Below the pieces are notes generated by a model that made no database searches, was not told the origin of the DNA, and worked only from the letters and a program-made list of their open reading frames with translations. The position numbers and the translations under genes are program-made. From Welwitschia mirabilis (taxonomy: Eukaryota): DNA of 42,370 bases. This document shows positions 36,770 through 42,370 of this stretch, in pieces. Position 1 is the stretch's first letter; every line of letters begins with the position of its first letter. The stretch lies in contig JBOZIK010000001.1 of assembly GCA_051453625.1 (NCBI GenBank), positions 11,637,181 through 11,679,550 of the forward strand, in the 5' to 3' direction.

Positions 36770-37440
36770 TTTCCTAACAACATCAAAGACTCTAATCATA
36801 ATTTATTTATTGTCAAAATGATATGTCATCATTCTAGTTTACACAGAAGGCTCTTCCTAAAGTTAGTGGATATCCTTAATTATGTTCTATTTCAATTATG
36901 AAAACATCAATGGGATAAAAAGATTTCTCAATTTGGATATCTAGGTCTTTAATAGTTTCCAATGATTTATTGATTGAGGTATCTGCTAATTCCAAAATGA
37001 TAGGTATAAGTTTAACTCTGTTTTCTAGTCCAAGTCTTTTACATATGTGGAGAGGCATGATGTTTACACTTGATTCTATGTTAATCAAAGCCTTTTGAAT
37101 TCTTTTGTTTCCTTCTAAGGTAACACTTACAGTTGCAACCCTAGGGTCATTGAATTTAGGACATTTTGCATGACTAAGTTGGAAATAGATTAGGCAAGAA
37201 AAACTTTATGAGGAATGATACATTTTTATTCTCTTCTTACTAAATCTTTTTATAACTTAGAATATTTTGGATTTTATTACAACAGTTTCGAAAAGGATAG
37301 GTTGACATTGACTTCTTGTGTCAAAGCTTTTAGGTGTTTATCAAAGATAGGATTTGAGTTCAATCTATCAAGCCAAGGGGTAGTATTTCCAAAATGTGGA
37401 AAATTTCAAGACTTCCATCCTTCTGGTTGTGAGGACGATA
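36770..37440 (-). pseudogene. pol: Pre-protease region and aspartic protease of element E
   Basis: PWLDRL..NVNLSF..NPKYSKL, ALINIESSVNIMPL (catalytic D read as N), LELADTSINK, YPIDVFII, YPLTLGRAF. Confidence 0.9.
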
Positions 37441-37604
37441 GATAAAATAATAGTTTATTATGAATAAAAATAGAGAAAAACTACAAAAAATAGAAACTAA
37501 TTTTAAAATTTTAAACTATCATGCCCTATGTCATCAGAATAATAGAGAAAACAATAGGACCCCTAAGAAAATCTATGGAAAATAAAATCACGCAGAAATA
37601 AATC

Positions 37605-37778
37605 TACTTAAAACTACACTAGAAATACAACATTAAGTTAAATAAATAACCTGAATAATAGATTTAATGTACTTATCTGGTTAATGAAAATTACTTAAAA
37701 CTACACTAGAAATACAACATTAACTTAAATAAATGACTTAAATAATAGATTCAACATACTTATCTAGTTAATAATAAT
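37605..37778. repeat. 87-bp tandem duplication in the 5' leader of element E
   Basis: tacttaaaactacactagaaatacaacattaa starts at both 37605 and 37692. Confidence 0.9.
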
Positions 37779-37799
37779 TCTCTTAGCTTCTTGCAGCCT

Positions 37800-37817
37800 T
37801 TCCTAGCAATGGCACCA
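37800..37817 (-). promoter_or_regulatory. Primer-binding site (tRNA-Asp type) of element E
   Basis: Reverse complement TGGTGCCATTGCTAGGAA versus TGGCGCCGTTGCCGGGGA, 3 nt after the LTR-terminal CA. Confidence 0.85.
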
Positions 37818-37820
37818 AAA

Positions 37821-39075
37821 TGTTGGAAAGTGCATTTATGCAATCTTGAAACTCTTTAGGTAAACCTGTAAATCAAATAACTTGTAGAAAAACACATGCT
37901 ATTATAGATAAGAGTTCACCCAAATGTCATAATCCCAACGAAGGCACTAGGCTTAGAGTTAGAGAATTGACTTATCAAGATATTTTTAGTCTTTTATCTT
38001 TTAATAATTAAAAGTAAATAATAAAGTAAAAGCAATGCAAGATGAATGGATATTTTAATGTAGTGAATGAAAATGAAAATAGATTCTACTTAGATCTTAG
38101 TCCTTATGTTACAAAGAATACCTTTTCTATAACTTATATCAATTAAGAAGAGCACTCAACTAGTTTTTAACCAACATAAACTATGAGATCTATCTAAGTA
38201 AAAATATGCAATATGAAATATGAAATTCAAATAAAGTAGAAAATCTACTACTAACCAAGGTCAACGTTAATAAAGATCACCCTTATGATCTAGATAAATT
38301 ACAAAGTTATCACATTAAACTATGATCAATGTAAACCATAAGGGACATGCATAAAATTGAAATAAGAAGAGAAATTGTATTAATTTAAAGAGTATTCAAG
38401 AACCTTACATCCACTTGCAAATAGAATAATAGCACCTCAATGAAAGAGACTCAACCTAACACTAAGAAAACTTCTTTCTGTAGCTTTAGATGGATCTCTT
38501 ATTTTTTAATCCTCTGTCATGAGTATCAAGTACAAAAGATGGAGCTAGAAATAAAGGAGGGAAAGGGTATTTATAGTTTTACATTTAAGGTTCTAAAAGC
38601 AAAACCCTAAAGGTGGGAAACAAAACCCTAATAATTCACATGGGTCGCTTAACCCCATTTACAAAGATATTTCTTTTGAACATGTAAAAACAACTATTGT
38701 CCCACCTATCATTGGGACAATATAGAGGATGACACCATGTGTTACATGTCTTCATGTGCTACTATCAGATCCACAACTTCTATCCATGTTAGCATTGTGA
38801 TCGTCTTGCCTATCATGGGAAAGAAACAAGAGACAATGGTCTTCATTTTCTGCAATCTTAAAGGTAAGTTAATCTTTTGCATAAGAAAGTTCTTATTCCA
38901 AATATGAAGTGTTAGAATAGGCCTGAGAAACTGCTAAAAATGCTAAGGATCACATGTTTTGCTGGGCATCCTATCAGATCTCAATAGTTATTAGTATTGC
39001 ATCAAAACCTATGTGAATGTCTTGCAAAAGTACTCAAAATACACCATCAAATTCTTACAAATTGGCATCGCAACA
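37821..39075 (-). repeat. 5' LTR of element E (1255 bp)
   Basis: TGTTG...CAACA terminal inverted repeats; TATA ctataaataccc at ~38565-38576 on the minus strand; adjacent PBS. Confidence 0.95.
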
Positions 39076-39080
39076 TTAAC
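39076..39080. repeat. Right target-site duplication of element E (ttaac)
   Basis: Matches ttaat at 28551-28555. Confidence 0.7.
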
Positions 39081-40250
39081 TATAGTATGGAGATTTCCAA
39101 ATTGCATCTCTAATTTGTATTACATTATTTCTAGAGTGTTGGACTAGTTTCAAGGTAAAGAGGGCATATTTGAAACTATATCATAATTATAATTTACAGA
39201 TTACTATATAGGTGGAAAATTACCTCTCTATCTACTATGAAATCATGATCTAAATGGATTATAAAACCTTCTTTAATTCATTATAATAAATGTTCTTGAG
39301 GGTTAAAGGGAAGAGCTAGGTATAGTTTGATTCAGGAAAACATTTCTTCCACAACTAAATTCTAATAAAATAGAAGAACAAGATAGTGATCAACATTGTG
39401 ACAAATTTAGATTTTGTGTCTTTGGAAGATGAGGCTTCTTTTATTTCATTATTGATTTTAACCAAAGTGTTGTCATCTCTTTTAGAATATAAGTAACTTC
39501 TTTTAAAAGTTCTTCTAATGGATGAACTGTTATAGGTATCTTCTTAATAACTCCTACACTATGTGCTTATGTAAGTCATTTTCCTAATGTGGGAATATCA
39601 TTCTTTTCATTTTGCCAAGTTCTACCTTATTTATATAAAATTTCAAACTTTTCCTTATACTAATCGATGGGTAAATTTATGAAATCACCTTCACAAGTAA
39701 AATTAACCATTTTCCCGGTAGAAGGCTATAGTTCTTCTACAAAGTATCCCATTAATTGCTAATCTTTAATATCATTTACAAGGTAACATGTAATATAAGA
39801 TGAAAATATTTCAAATGAAGTAACATAATCCTCATATTTATGCTATCTAAACCTTATTATTTTCATCTTAAGGTTTTGGATCTTAGAATTAGTAAGGTAC
39901 CTATCAAGAAAGTTAGTCTCCATCTTCTCTCAAGTCACTATGAAATGGTAGGATAGCTTGTAAGTTCAGTTATGCACATTCTCTATTAAAGCCATTTTAA
40001 ACATAATTAGGAAAAAAAACAATGAATTGTTGGTTTATCTAAGCCATGGAGATACAATTTAGAATCTATCAAGAACTACAGAGGATCATCTTCTTCCTTT
40101 CTTGATTATTTTCATAAAGCAAAGATATTTTTAATCTCACATCATCTCTTGCTAGCAAATTCATAGAGTTATAAAATCATCTGTATTTATTTTACAAGGC
40201 CTGATGTAGTACTTTGGTAATTCTTGACTATAAAAAAATCATTATCTATT
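39081..40250 (-). pseudogene. gag: gag (Retrotrans_gag-like capsid domain) of element D; 5' limit approximate
   Basis: EEDDPL*FL...FKMALIENVHN*...IVT*EKMETNFLDRYL..SKIQNLKMKIIRFR*..EDYVTSFEIF...GYFVEEL*PSTGKMVNFTCEGDF follows the plant gypsy gag consensus. Confidence 0.88.
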
Positions 40251-40672
40251 AGTTATGTATTAGTATTATAATACTTGATTATCCTTCTTTTCTTATTTGA
40301 TTAAAGACCCTAAGTGTGAGGATTCTAGATGTTGTATGTTTTCTTTAACTTGTTCTTTATTAAGAACATTCATACTTGGGTGAATAACTAGATGAATTTC
40401 ACTTGTTTCAAAGAAGATTCTTTTTATTCTTATTTTCTATTAGATGTTGGAAAAATTAAAAACATAATATTAAAAGTGTTGGATGAAGACTATACAATGT
40501 CTTCATACTCTTTGTAAGAAAAGAGTCCTTGCTGAATGTTGAATGTTTTTTGAACTAGCTATTCATCTCCATTTTTCATCCTATTATTGAATATTTATTT
40601 TATAAAATTTACAATTCCTAAAAAAGTTACAAAAAATTTTTATGTGTAAATTTATCTAAGAATACTAGAAAT

Positions 40673-40690
40673 TCCCCAGTAATGATGCCA
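40673..40690 (-). promoter_or_regulatory. Primer-binding site (tRNA-Asp type) of element D
   Basis: Reverse complement TGGCATCATTACTGGGGA versus TGGCGCCGTTGCCGGGGA, 3 nt after the LTR-terminal CA. Confidence 0.85.
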
Positions 40691-40693
40691 AAA

Positions 40694-41487
40694 TGTTGGA
40701 GCTTTTCTTTTAATTTCCAATTAATCTTCCCATAGTGATAACATGATAAAGATGTGCCAAATAAAATTCCCATAAATCTATGTACACTAGTTATACACTT
40801 TAGCATAAAAATATTAAGTTATACCTCTACTTTAAACTCTTAACCCTAAGTTAAATGATTGTTACACTGATAACAATGCAAATTTCCTACTATAATACAT
40901 ACTATTGTACTAGTATTTCTTTATTATAATAAATAGGCAAATGAAAACCTATAGAATTATTAACAATGAAGTACAATAAATGAATATAAATATAAATTTC
41001 ATTGATTTTTTATGATTATCTTTATGTAATTTAGGTATCCACTTATTCAAATTCAAGAACTTGCTAAAAAATAGGATAGAATAAAGTAAGGATAGAACAT
41101 TATAAAAATAGGATAGAATAAAGTAAGGATAGCTAAAAGTGTCAAAATATCAAGAATGATTACATCATGGTGTTACCTCTTCAAAACCATTACGCTTCAA
41201 CAAAAAAAATAGTCTAAACCCATAACTAATTACTATTTGCTACATGTCTATAGCAAAACTACTTTTAGATAAGTTTTGTATAACTTTTGCCTATGAAAGT
41301 TCCATGCAAAATAGTAAATAAATAAATACTTCAAATCTTTAATTTAAGTACATATAAAGCAGAGTATATGGTCTACTAACCTACTTCTAAATAGCACTAA
41401 AACATCTAAGAATCATATCATAATTAAATGCAAAAGAAATATAAAAAATATATTAAACTAAGCTATAAATCTAAGCTAATTGTAACA
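40694..41487 (-). repeat. 5' LTR of element D (outer end uncertain, 41470-41487)
   Basis: Colinear with 19593-20417; adjacent PBS. Confidence 0.88.
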
Positions 41488-41559
41488 TATTTTAGATAAA
41501 AAGTAATGTCATGAAATTTAACATTAATTCATTATAATTAAATTAATGTAAAGTTACAC

Positions 41560-42310
41560 AAAGGAGTATGCAAAAAAGAAATTCAACATAATCATCTATT
41601 CCTTTCCTATCATAATTCAAAAGATATGTAAGATGAATTAATTTAACTCCTAGATGAATTTTCATTAGTCTTTGGCATGTTAATTTTCTTATTTAAATTA
41701 GTGTGGAGCTATGTAAAGGAGCATGTAGGAATGACATTTGACATTGTAGTTTATTTAGTTCCTATCATAATTGAAGATATATGCCAGAAAAATGATTTTA
41801 ACTCCTAGAAGAACTTTTACTAGTTTTTAGTGCTAGTAGATTCAAAAATTAATTTTAATGCTTTACTAAAATTTAAGTTAGAATATATAAATGGATAGAT
41901 AGAAATAAATAATTTTGACAACCTCACTTAAATGAGAGGGGGAGCCTTCATTATAAAATCTCTCATAATTATAAGGTAATTTATTCTTATCAGTAATGAA
42001 ACGAATTAAAACTATATGAATCTCAAATTATGGACTAATAATTCCATACTAAGAGGTAAGGGATACTTTATCCTTTGAGTAAGATAATGAAATAGAACAT
42101 CCCAAGCATCATAAACTTTCATCTTCATAAAGGATTAACTAAATTAGATTTATGATTATGGAATTTGTAGCTTAGATTGCTTAGTTAGAAATGATTTTAA
42201 CCATTTAAATAAAGATACAATCATTGGATTCATTTCACACCTATACTAAATCAAATATTTCTAAATCATTAAAATTAATAATTGATACATCTATATAGGA
42301 TGAGGGATTT
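41560..42310. repeat. Unidentified diverged repeat, right copy, with an internal ~155-bp tandem duplication
   Basis: Homologous to 18700-19440; aaggag[ct]atg at 41561 and 41716, ttcctatcataatt at 41604 and 41759. Confidence 0.75.
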
Positions 42311-42370
42311 TCTAGGTCTATCCTCAGAATCTAAATGAGTTAATTAAATAATAAGTATAATAAATAGAAA

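Larger units (their letters stand above)
28556..39075 (-). mobile_element. Element E: Athila-type LTR retrotransposon (family of B) nested in the gag of D; gag-deficient, two RT-RH copies
   Basis: LTR pair, 5-bp TSD, PBS, PR, RT-RH twice, INT, 3' non-coding region homologous to B, PPT. Confidence 0.9.
19593..41487 (-). mobile_element. Element D: full-length Athila-type LTR retrotransposon (~11.4 kb without E), interrupted by element E
   Basis: LTR pair 19593-20417 and 40694-~41487, PBS, gag, PR, RT, RH, INT, extra 3' ORF remnant and PPT in the expected order on the minus strand. Confidence 0.9.

Overview
Very AT-rich, CpG-depleted eukaryotic (most likely plant) heterochromatin-like sequence with N gaps. 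It is almost entirely a nest of old, decayed Ty3/gypsy LTR retrotransposons of the Athila type (tRNA-Asp primer-binding site, PR-RT-RH-INT order, long 3' region). Five elements can be reconstructed. A (+, <1-4475) has lost RT-RH-INT and is inserted into the RT of B. B (+, 4476-10109) retains pol, its 3' region and 3' LTR. C (-, ~11204-18365) has two ~1.4 kb LTRs and no pol. D (-, 19593-~41487) is full length with a decayed extra ORF after pol. E (-, 28556-39075, same family as B) is inserted in the gag of D with a TTAAY target-site duplication, lacks most of gag, and carries two diverged RT-RH copies. I see no intact protein gene, RNA gene, CRISPR array or prokaryotic system, and I cannot support a claim of a new biological system. 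The best leads are the extra ORF in D, an unidentified coding-like repeat on both flanks of D, a structure-conserved hairpin before every polypurine tract, and a strong C>T/G>A decay signature. All alignments were done by eye and boundaries marked approximate are +/- tens of bases.
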